DNA of 32,000 nt from Candidatus Nanosynbacter lyticus (lineage in GTDB: Bacteria; Patescibacteriota; Saccharimonadia; Saccharimonadales; Saccharimonadaceae): contig NZ_CP007496.1 in the NCBI RefSeq assembly GCF_000803625.1, positions 450,001-482,000 of the forward strand. Direction: 5' to 3'. Below are positions 9,024 to 16,457 of this stretch, in pieces; the stretch's first letter is position 1, and each line of letters starts with the position of its first letter. The notes beneath the pieces were generated by a model. That model worked only from the letters and a program-made list of their open reading frames with translations, was not told the origin of the DNA and made no database searches. The position numbers and the translations under genes were made by a program.

Positions 9024-9859
9024 TTGACATCTCCTTTTTCACCTAGCTGAATAAGCGCACGCCTGGCCTCCTCGGCATTCGGGGCTCTTCCGTGCCACTG
9101 GTAATCATATTCCATAAAATCAACACCAAATCCAGGAATTGTATGTGCAATGATCACATTCGGCTGATGGGAAGTTTTTGCCACGTCAATCGCTTTTACA
9201 ATTGCCTCGTAATCATGTCCGTCGACTTCCTGCGTAAACCAGCCAAAACTCCGCCACTTGTCCGCCAAATTTCCTAGCGGCATAACTTTTTCCGTATCGC
9301 CACCAATCTGAATATTATTCCTATCAATAATCGCAATTATATTTGACAACTCATATTTCGCGGCAAACATCGCCGCCTCCCAAATATTACCCTCATTAAG
9401 CTCGCCATCGCCCAAACTACAATAAACGAACCGCTGGGGATTACCACCTAAATATTTCAATGAATAAGCCATACCGGCCGCTTGACTTAAGCCGCAACCC
9501 AAAGGACCGCTCGTCGTTTCAATACCAGGCAGGCTACCACGTTCTGGATGACCCTGAAGTTTAGAGCCAAATTTCCTTAAATTAACTAATTCTTTTTTAT
9601 CAAAAAACCCTCGCTCCGCCAAAGTGGCGTACAGAAGCGGCGCATAATGGCCGTTACTCATCACAAAAATATCTCGATCTTGCCAATCAGGATTTTCAGG
9701 ATCTAGACGCATGGCGTAAAAATAAAGAACCGCCATGACATCCGCAAAACCCAGACATCCAGCCGCATGTCCAGAGCCAGCTGTCACTAATTCATGAATA
9801 ATCGACTGACGCAAGGTTTGGGATATTTCTCTCAATTCGTTTAGTTGATCGTCAGACAT
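9020..9859 (-). CDS. Transketolase, N-terminal (thiamine diphosphate-binding) subunit
   Basis: The 279-aa ORF has the GDGELNEGNIWEA TPP-binding motif and SGHAAGCLG. Confidence 0.92.
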   Translation of the reverse strand: MSDDQLNELREISQTLRQSIIHELVTAGSGHAAGCLGFADVMAVLYFYAMRLDPENPDWQDRDIFVMSNGHYAPLLYATLAERGFFDKKELVNLRKFGSKLQGHPERGSLPGIETTSGPLGCGLSQAAGMAYSLKYLGGNPQRFVYCSLGDGELNEGNIWEAAMFAAKYELSNIIAIIDRNNIQIGGDTEKVMPLGNLADKWRSFGWFTQEVDGHDYEAIVKAIDVAKTSHQPNVIIAHTIPGFGVDFMEYDYQWHGRAPNAEEARRALIQLGEKGDVK

Positions 9860-10506
9860 TAAAGCACACTCGTCTTGTTAATTTCCTGCTGGAGTTTGGA
9901 AAAAATTGCGTGTGGATCTGATGATTTTTGAATAACGCCGCCAGCATTTAAGACATTAACACCACCCTGCACCAGGCTATATGCATTATCCACTAAAACG
10001 CCGCCATCCCAACCAATTTCCACGTTAGGATTAATGGCTTTAATGAGTCGAATTTTTTCCAACTGCATCAAACTGGCAGTCCCGCCAAATCTACCCAACT
10101 CGCCACTAAAAATCATCACATGGTCAGCGAGTTTTATAAATTCTTCGACAGTCCGCGGCACCGTTGGCTTTAATAACGCTAGGCCAGCCATGATACCAGC
10201 CTGACGAATCTGCATAAGCGCCATTTTTACATCGCCCGTGGCTTCCGCGTGGACTATAATCATATGTGGTCTTAGGGCAATCAACTTCGGTATATATTCC
10301 TCCAGATTGTTGACCATAGCATGAATATCGATAGTCCAACCCTCGGGTGCCCATAATTCCTGAATACCGACCGTCAACGTCGGCGCAAATTCACCATCAG
10401 AAATATCAATATGTACCCGCTCAACAAAACCAGTTATCCTATCAACTTGCTCTTTATACTGAGCAGCGTTTTCTGCCAAAATAGCCGGGGCAATTACAGC
10501 GCTCAT
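9859..10506 (-). CDS. rpe: Ribulose-phosphate 3-epimerase (divergent)
   Basis: The 215-aa ORF is colinear with Rpe landmarks: IAPAILAEN, HIDISDGEFAPTLTVG, DIHAMV, VHAEA, GWDGGV. Confidence 0.75.
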   Translation of the reverse strand: MSAVIAPAILAENAAQYKEQVDRITGFVERVHIDISDGEFAPTLTVGIQELWAPEGWTIDIHAMVNNLEEYIPKLIALRPHMIIVHAEATGDVKMALMQIRQAGIMAGLALLKPTVPRTVEEFIKLADHVMIFSGELGRFGGTASLMQLEKIRLIKAINPNVEIGWDGGVLVDNAYSLVQGGVNVLNAGGVIQKSSDPHAIFSKLQQEINKTSVL

Positions 10507-10955
10507 GACAATTCATCCAACTGCGCATTGCGCCGATTAAAGCGTGGAGCATTGGCGTACGGAGTATTCAACCACGTTTCTACAATACCCTTCCAAGCTG
10601 ATTCATCGTCTTCCAAAATTCGCGCCGGCAAACACAATACATTCGAGTCATTATCATGACGCGTCATCTTTGCCTCGAAAGCATCCCAAATCACGCTGGC
10701 ACGAATTCCTTTGAATCGGTTGGCCGCCATACACATTCCTTGACCGCCGCCACAGATTAAGATAGCTCGCGGATCTTTACTATCATCGCCAATAATTTTC
10801 AATACTGCCGCCTGAGCGAATTGCGGAAAATCATCGTCAGGGTTTAATTCTACGCCACCAACATCTTGTACGTCATAGCCATTTTTAACCAAATACGCAA
10901 AAACTTTTTCCTTCAACATAAAGCCGCGGTGGTCAGATCCGAGGTAGATTTTCAT
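10503..10955 (-). CDS. rpiB: Ribose-5-phosphate isomerase B
   Basis: The protein reads MKIYLGSDHRGFMLKE...CGGGQGMCMAANR. I moved the start to ATG 10955 (M24 of the tracked ORF), which gives the usual length of about 150 aa. Confidence 0.9.
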   Translation of the reverse strand: MKIYLGSDHRGFMLKEKVFAYLVKNGYDVQDVGGVELNPDDDFPQFAQAAVLKIIGDDSKDPRAILICGGGQGMCMAANRFKGIRASVIWDAFEAKMTRHDNDSNVLCLPARILEDDESAWKGIVETWLNTPYANAPRFNRRNAQLDELS

Positions 10956-10961
10956 GATTTT

Positions 10962-10990
10962 AGTATAAGCGTTTTCGGTGATTTTTGCAA
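10962..10990 (-). promoter_or_regulatory. Putative promoter of the rpiB-rpe-tkt operon, leaderless arrangement
   Basis: The minus strand reads TTGCAA-17nt-TATACT-AAAATC-ATG, with no SD. Confidence 0.55.
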
Positions 10991-11043
10991 GAGAAAGTCG
11001 GAGATTACTCCAGGGGTGAAGCATGCCTATTTGACAAAAAGTA

Positions 11044-11072
11044 TTGACATTTTATAACTGGTATGATATAAA
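11044..11072 (+). promoter_or_regulatory. Putative promoter of small-ORF cassette B
   Basis: The sequence reads TTGACA-17nt-TATAAA, with TG at the extended -10 position. Confidence 0.55.
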
Positions 11073-11080
11073 TAGATTAA

Positions 11081-11155
11081 CTTTTGTTCAAAGTTTTGTC
11101 TTAGGGCGGAAGTCGCCCTTTAGCTTTGAGTATCTTCCTGAAAGGAAGTGAAGAG
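11081..11155 (+). promoter_or_regulatory. Structured 5' leader, copy B of the repeated leader motif
   Basis: It has the same nested stems as copy A (TTCAAAG/CTTTGAG and AGGGCG/CGCCCT). An SD-sequestering hairpin CTTCC-TGAAA-GGAAG follows. Confidence 0.55.
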
Positions 11156-11395
11156 ATGAAGGTAAAGTTCACTCTCAGCAATGGCCAGTCATTCGCCACG
11201 AAAATCACATACGGCTTCAAGGACACTAGGGATCTAGTAGAAAATCTGTCTAGAATGCTAGGAGAAGCCACAGACAAATCTGTCGTGGAACTCGAAACAG
11301 AAGACGGGATGTTTCTTGGTCAGGCCGACCGACATTGTGTCGGTCGAAATCCGGAGCTAAAGTGTCTCGCGCCAGCAGAAGGCGCGCTAAGATAA
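11156..11395 (+). CDS. Small (79 aa) hydrophilic hypothetical protein
   Basis: ATG 11156 lies 7 nt after GGAAG. The unit has its own promoter and terminator. The protein shows no similarity to the cassette A protein and belongs to no family I recognise. Confidence 0.6.
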   Translation: MKVKFTLSNGQSFATKITYGFKDTRDLVENLSRMLGEATDKSVVELETEDGMFLGQADRHCVGRNPELKCLAPAEGALR

Positions 11396-11427
11396 ATATT
11401 CTGTAAAACCGCCGGAAATACCGACGT

Positions 11428-11463
11428 CCCCGCACTATCACAGTGCGGGGTTATTCCTTTTCT
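11428..11463 (+). terminator. Rho-independent terminator of cassette B
   Basis: The hairpin is CCCCGCACT-atcac-AGTGCGGGG, followed by TTATTCCTTTTCT. Confidence 0.7.
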
Positions 11464-11478
11464 GGATTCTGGAGCAAA

Positions 11479-12501
11479 CTATTCGCTCTGGTTGAGATAA
11501 TGTCCGACATCCGCCACCAGTTCAACCAGCCGGTTCGAATAACCCCATTCATTGTCATACCAAACCATGACTTTGATCAAATTACCACCAACAACCTTCG
11601 TCAGCGGCAAGTCAACAACCCCAGAGTGCGAATTGCCGATGAAGTCGCGGCTAACTAAAGGTTCCTCAGAAACGCCCAGAATACCCTGGTAAAAGTTACT
11701 TTGCGCGGCTTTTTTGAAGGCTTCATTTACCTGCTCAACCGTTACATCGCGTCGGAGCAGTACCGTCACATCACTGAGCGACACCACTGGCGTTGGGACA
11801 CGAACACTGAGACCATCGAATCTACCAGTCAACTGCGGCAGGGTTTTCGTCACAGCAATGGCTGCACCCGTTGTTGTTGGCACCATATTCTCAGCAGCAT
11901 TACGACCTTCACGTAAATCCTTGGATGGCGCGTCTTGCAATCTTTGGCTAGCGGTGTAGCTATGCACTGTCGTCAACATTGATTTTTCCACGCCAAACTC
12001 TGCGTCCAGAACCGCCATCACCGCGCCCAGACTGTTGGTGGTACAGCTGGCGTTAGATACAATTGGCGTTGCGTCCTTGATTTTACTATCATTAGTACCT
12101 AGCACAATCGTATCAACGCCGTCAGACTTGGTTGGACCGCTGATAACCACGCGCTTGGCACCGGCAGTCAAGTGCTTACCTGCGCCGTCTTTATCAGTGA
12201 AGAATCCGGTAGATTCAATCACCACGTCAATATTCATATCGCCCCACGGCAAGTTTGCTGGATCTTTCTCTGCTAGGACTTTAACGGATTGACCTTCAAT
12301 AATCAGCTCATTTTCCGTAAAATCAACCTGCCGACTATACTCACCATAATTGCTGTCATGCTTGAGCAGGTACGCCAGAGTCTTCGTGTCCGTCAAATCA
12401 TTAATCGCCACAATCTCTAAATCACTCCGCTCGCGAGCAATCTTAAAAGCGTTACGCCCAATCCTTCCAAAACCATTAATTGCTATTCTTGTTACTGACA
12501 T
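11479..12501 (-). CDS. gap: Type I glyceraldehyde-3-phosphate dehydrogenase
   Basis: The 340-aa ORF has NGFGRIGR, the SNASCTTN active site and WYDNEWGYS. It has a GGGGAGGG SD. Confidence 0.96.
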   Translation of the reverse strand: MSVTRIAINGFGRIGRNAFKIARERSDLEIVAINDLTDTKTLAYLLKHDSNYGEYSRQVDFTENELIIEGQSVKVLAEKDPANLPWGDMNIDVVIESTGFFTDKDGAGKHLTAGAKRVVISGPTKSDGVDTIVLGTNDSKIKDATPIVSNASCTTNSLGAVMAVLDAEFGVEKSMLTTVHSYTASQRLQDAPSKDLREGRNAAENMVPTTTGAAIAVTKTLPQLTGRFDGLSVRVPTPVVSLSDVTVLLRRDVTVEQVNEAFKKAAQSNFYQGILGVSEEPLVSRDFIGNSHSGVVDLPLTKVVGGNLIKVMVWYDNEWGYSNRLVELVADVGHYLNQSE

Positions 12502-12534
12502 ATGCCCTCCCCGTTAGATATTTCGCTTTAGCTT

Positions 12535-12563
12535 TTCTTAATTATACTACAAAGTTGTATAAT
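12535..12563 (+). promoter_or_regulatory. Putative rel promoter, leaderless arrangement
   Basis: TATAAT at 12558-12563 is followed by AAATAT and then the ATG at 12570. The -35 is weak (TTCTTA) and there is no SD. Confidence 0.45.
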
Positions 12564-12569
12564 AAATAT

Positions 12570-14087
12570 ATGACGCGCGAAGAACTGCTATCAGTAGCCG
12601 AGCAAAAGTACGACGAAGTGCCAGTGTTGGTCTTGGCAAGCGCGGTTGACTATGCGACAGAAAAACACGCTGGACAAAAACGCAAAAGCGGTGAGCCATA
12701 TATCAATCACCCCCTGGCAGTGGCCGAGATTTTGATTGAGTGGGGCATGGACATCGACACGGTGGTGGCGGGTGTGCTACATGACACGGTCGAGGACACC
12801 GACGCGACGCTGGATGAACTGGAGAGTTTATTTGGACGCGACGTGGCGTTTTTGGTGGATGGCGTGACTAAGGTTTCGCAGGCACGTGCTGGCATGCGTA
12901 GTCTGGACAGCTATTTGCCACACACCAAGGACAATTTAACTAAATTGATGATCGCAGTCGGTGAAGACGTGCGGGTGATTATCATTAAACTAGCAGATCG
13001 CTTGCACAATATGCGGACGCTGCAGTTTATGTCGCCGGAGAAACAGAAGAAAATTGCTCGCGAGACGATCGAGGTGTTTGCACCGCTGGCGGACCGATTG
13101 AATATGGGGCGGGTACGCGTGCAGCTGGAAGAATTGAGCTTCAAATATTTGATGCCAAAAGATTTTCACCGCACCAAGAGTTTGATGGACAGCCGATTGA
13201 AAAAATCGCAGCGAAAACTGGATCGTGTTCGCCGTGAAGTTGAGGCGCGACTAAAGGAAGAAAAGCTGGTTTTCCAGATGGACGGCCGCGTAAAAAGCGT
13301 CTACAGCCTGTTTAAAAAGCTCGATAAGGTCGGCGATATTGATAAGATTTATGATTTGATCGCCCTGCGAGTCATTGTCGATGATTTGTCGACAGGCTAT
13401 TTGGTATTAGGAATTCTACACGATATGTATCAGCCGATGTACGAGCGAATCAAAGATTATGTCGCCAATCCCAAGCCAAATGGCTACCAAAGTCTACACA
13501 CCACCGTGCAAACGCCGAGTGGGCAAATTGTTGAATTTCAAATTCGCACCAAAGAAATGCACGAATACGCTGAGCGTGGTTTGGCGGCCAGCTTCCACTA
13601 CAATGAGCAGAAGTTAACCGATGCGTACAAAAAAGGTCGTATGGGTGCTATGCCAGCAGATTTGTCATGGATTCGTGAGCTTCAGGAAGCGGCAGCATTG
13701 GCTGGCGAAGGCAAACGATTTGATTCTAATAAGTTCCGCATGAAATTGTTCTCAGACCGCATTTTCGTGTATTCTCCGAAAGGCGATATTTACGATTTGC
13801 CGCGCGGTGCCTTCCCGCTAGATTATGCCTACCGCATTCACTCCGACATCGCGGCACACGCCAGTGGTTTCAAAATCAATGGCGTCATGAAGCCATTTAC
13901 CTATCATTTGCGGCACGGCGACACCATAGAAGTGTTGACCAATAAATCCGCCCACCCGAAGCCGGATTGGCGCGAACTGATCATAACGCCTCACGCTAAA
14001 GACAAGCTGCGTTTGCAATTGTCGCGTAGTGGTGGCATCTTGCAACAATTGACCGGCGGCGTCTCGTCACTGTTTCGGCATCGATAA
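12570..14087 (+). CDS. rel: Bifunctional (p)ppGpp synthetase/hydrolase, short form (HD-SYNTH-TGS)
   Basis: The HD motif HDTVEDT, synthetase motifs (ALRVIV, YQSLHT, EFQIRT) and a TGS region (IFVYSPKGDIYDLPRGAFPLDYAY) are present. I moved the start to ATG 12570, because the tracked upstream 30 codons overlap the gap start and promoter. The result is 505 aa. Confidence 0.9.
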   Translation: MTREELLSVAEQKYDEVPVLVLASAVDYATEKHAGQKRKSGEPYINHPLAVAEILIEWGMDIDTVVAGVLHDTVEDTDATLDELESLFGRDVAFLVDGVTKVSQARAGMRSLDSYLPHTKDNLTKLMIAVGEDVRVIIIKLADRLHNMRTLQFMSPEKQKKIARETIEVFAPLADRLNMGRVRVQLEELSFKYLMPKDFHRTKSLMDSRLKKSQRKLDRVRREVEARLKEEKLVFQMDGRVKSVYSLFKKLDKVGDIDKIYDLIALRVIVDDLSTGYLVLGILHDMYQPMYERIKDYVANPKPNGYQSLHTTVQTPSGQIVEFQIRTKEMHEYAERGLAASFHYNEQKLTDAYKKGRMGAMPADLSWIRELQEAAALAGEGKRFDSNKFRMKLFSDRIFVYSPKGDIYDLPRGAFPLDYAYRIHSDIAAHASGFKINGVMKPFTYHLRHGDTIEVLTNKSAHPKPDWRELIITPHAKDKLRLQLSRSGGILQQLTGGVSSLFRHR

Positions 14088-14118
14088 TCAACGGTACAAT
14101 CTTGTAGGCGGAATATAA

Positions 14119-14239
14119 AAAACAATATCACCCTCATCTCAGGGGCCGTGACGGGCGCGAAAGCCCCGTCAGCCGAACGCCACAGGCTGACCGTAGGTCA
14201 CCTGTAAAGAGTACTCTGAGTGAGGTGTGATATTGTTTT
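14119..14239. ncRNA. Unclassified highly structured 121-nt element (candidate small RNA, complex bidirectional terminator or MITE-like repeat)
   Basis: A closing stem of 24-26 bp (14119-14144 with 14214-14239) encloses two hairpins. One is 14444-14474 with a GAAA tetraloop and the other is 14182-14205. The element lies between convergent gene ends, and the strand is undetermined. Confidence 0.4.
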
Positions 14240-14254
14240 GTTGCGTCGATACTC

Positions 14255-14788
14255 TTACGCTTGCTCGTTCCAGCGAGTGATCGAATCGCGGATGATTTGC
14301 TTGGCGCGTTCAACATCACCAAAGCCCTTGACAACTGTCGAACCTGGCTTCTTCATATCTTTGTAGTGGTTGAAATGATGCTCAATTTGCTTGAGGAGCT
14401 GCGGCGGCAAGTCTTCCAACGAATTGATAGCATCACCAGTATTGCGGTCATCAGCTGGCACTACGATCACCTTGTCATCAACCTCATCATCATCAACAAA
14501 CTCCAAAACACCAATGACCTTTGCTTCCATAAAAATACCTGTTGTCAGTGGCTGGTCGGTGATGATTAAAGCATCCAATTCGTCGCCGTCCTCGTCCAAT
14601 GTCTGCGGGATGAAACCGTAGTTGGTTGGCTTGGCGAAAATTGCTGGCTCAACGCGGTCCAGCTGCATGACTGCCAGCTCACGGTTCCATTCAATCTTAT
14701 GGTTTGAGCCTTGCGGGATCTCAACGACAACATTCACGATGCCGTTTTCTACGTCACCAGGTGTCAAAATTTGGTTAAAGTCTGCCAT
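14255..14788 (-). CDS. ppa: Inorganic pyrophosphatase (family I)
   Basis: The 177-aa ORF has the DEDGDELDALIITD motif and typical family I PPase length. Confidence 0.93.
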   Translation of the reverse strand: MADFNQILTPGDVENGIVNVVVEIPQGSNHKIEWNRELAVMQLDRVEPAIFAKPTNYGFIPQTLDEDGDELDALIITDQPLTTGIFMEAKVIGVLEFVDDDEVDDKVIVVPADDRNTGDAINSLEDLPPQLLKQIEHHFNHYKDMKKPGSTVVKGFGDVERAKQIIRDSITRWNEQA

Positions 14789-14791
14789 AGT

Positions 14792-15724
14792 TTACTCCTC
14801 TCTGGCTTTTTCTTGTAAATATTCACGAATTTGCATTGCCGCCACTGCGCCCTCGCCGACTGCCGAAGCAATTTGCATGGTTGCACCCGAACGCACGTCG
14901 CCCGAGGCAAAGACGCCTGGGATGTTAGTGTGCAAATGTTCGTCAGTGACGATGTGCCCGCCGAGATCTAGTTCAACATCTGAGTCAGCCAAGAACTGCG
15001 TGTTCGGGATGAGGCCGATAAAGACGAACAGACCGTCTGCGGTAAACTCTTTTTGCTCACCGTTTTGGGTTGATTTGACGCCGTAGAACTTGTCATCTTT
15101 GACGATAATTTCATCGGTTGTCGCACCGATATGGACGGTAATCTTGCCCTCATCGACATACTTTTGCAGCTCTTTTTGCAGGACATCGCTGGCGCGTAAT
15201 TCGCTGCGCACCAGCAGATCAATGTGGCTAGCATAGCGAGTCAAAAAGATCGCTTCCTGGACTGCCGAGTTGCCGCCGCCAACGACGATCAAGCTCTTGT
15301 CGCGGTAAAACGCTCCGTCGCACGTCGCACAGTAATGCACGCCGCGGCCGTACAATTCATCTTCGCCCGACACGCCCAACTTGCGGTGATTTGAACCAGT
15401 AGCTAGGAGCACCGATTTGGCTCGCACCGGCTGGCCATCGATCGTCAATTCCAACTCGCCGTCAACTTGCTTGAGTTCCGTAACGTCGCCATACTCGATA
15501 TCCGCACCGAACCGCTCAGCCTGCTGCTGCAACTCTGATGCCAGCTTCATGCCAGTTACACCCTCAGCAAATCCTGGGTAGTTGTCAATTTGGTCAGTGA
15601 TGGCCGCCATGCCACCGACCACGCCGCGCTCGTACAGTGTCGTCGGCACATCTTCGCGCGATAGATAAATTGCAGCCGTGAGCGCGCTTGGACCGGCACC
15701 AACGATGATAACTTCTTTAGACAT
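14792..15724 (-). CDS. trxB: Thioredoxin-disulfide reductase
   Basis: The 310-aa ORF has GAGPSALTAA, the CATCDG redox centre and GGGNSAVQEA. Confidence 0.95.
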   Translation of the reverse strand: MSKEVIIVGAGPSALTAAIYLSREDVPTTLYERGVVGGMAAITDQIDNYPGFAEGVTGMKLASELQQQAERFGADIEYGDVTELKQVDGELELTIDGQPVRAKSVLLATGSNHRKLGVSGEDELYGRGVHYCATCDGAFYRDKSLIVVGGGNSAVQEAIFLTRYASHIDLLVRSELRASDVLQKELQKYVDEGKITVHIGATTDEIIVKDDKFYGVKSTQNGEQKEFTADGLFVFIGLIPNTQFLADSDVELDLGGHIVTDEHLHTNIPGVFASGDVRSGATMQIASAVGEGAVAAMQIREYLQEKAREE

Positions 15725-16394
15725 TTAACCCCCTTGACCTATAATACTGCTTGATAATTCCTGGCATTTCTGGCTGTGGAATATCTGCTGGCTTTTCGAT
15801 AGCCATTACCACAAATTTCAGCGGCGAATTAGCAGGAATCTTATCGCCCTGAGCCTGATTTCCGTACGCCTTATCCGCTGGAATTGTCAATTCGCGTACA
15901 CCGCCAATCTTCATACCAATCAGCCCCTCTTTCCAGCCTTGAATCACGGCAGTTTTCGCTGGACCATTCATATTAAGCGGTGCTTTTAACTTTCCATCAG
16001 CAATTGATTGATCAAAAATCTCCCCCTTAGGGTTCCAGCCAATATAATAAACCGCCAATTTAGTATCATCTTTGACTTCTGCTCCGTCACCCTCCAACAA
16101 ATCTTCTTTGCCGAGTTCTTTAACACTACCAGCCTCAAACGCACCGACTCGCGAACTGAACTCAGAAAATTTACTGTAGTATTTTTGGCTCAGTTCGGCA
16201 GCCTGAGCTTCTACTTTTTTCTTATGCTCATCGTTGGCTTTAGTGTACTCATCCTGAGCCTTCTTCAATGCCGCTTGATCTTTAGCATCATTGCCCGGCT
16301 GCACCATCATGGCGATAAATCCGCCAACAGTTCCTAAAAACATCATGCCGGCAATCACCCAAATGCCTATCCTTTGGCTTTTACTTGTTGCCAT
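15717..16394 (-). CDS. FKBP-type peptidyl-prolyl cis-trans isomerase, N-terminally membrane-anchored
   Basis: The 225-aa ORF has an N-terminal TM helix. Its C-terminal FKBP domain carries VYYIGW...GWKEGLIGMKIGGVRELTIPADKAYG. It has an AAGGAGG SD. Confidence 0.88.
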   Translation of the reverse strand: MATSKSQRIGIWVIAGMMFLGTVGGFIAMMVQPGNDAKDQAALKKAQDEYTKANDEHKKKVEAQAAELSQKYYSKFSEFSSRVGAFEAGSVKELGKEDLLEGDGAEVKDDTKLAVYYIGWNPKGEIFDQSIADGKLKAPLNMNGPAKTAVIQGWKEGLIGMKIGGVRELTIPADKAYGNQAQGDKIPANSPLKFVVMAIEKPADIPQPEMPGIIKQYYRSRGLNV

Positions 16395-16418
16395 AATCCT
16401 CCTTTATTTACTTCTCCA

Positions 16419-16447
16419 ATTATATCAATTTTGGTCAAGTACAACAA
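16419..16447 (-). promoter_or_regulatory. Putative promoter of the FKBP-trxB-ppa operon
   Basis: The minus strand reads TTGTTG-17nt-TATAAT, about 24 nt upstream of the ATG. Confidence 0.45.
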
Positions 16448-16457
16448 TCACTCGATA

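Noticed and set aside
14119-14239. Possible identity of the structured element as SRP (4.5S) RNA or a ZTP riboswitch
   Set aside because: For SRP RNA, the helix with the GAAA tetraloop is almost fully Watson-Crick. It lacks the symmetric/asymmetric loops and the GGAAGCAGCC-type AGCA motif of SRP domain IV. For ZTP, GGGCCGUGACGGGCG superficially resembles the 5' part of the pfl motif as I recall it. However, there is no CCGCCUGGGC-type 3' subdomain and no downstream gene to regulate.
14134-14334. Minus-strand 66-aa ORF across the rel-ppa intergenic region
   Set aside because: It overlaps the ppa 3' end and the structured element, has no SD, and its R/S/L-rich translation looks non-coding.
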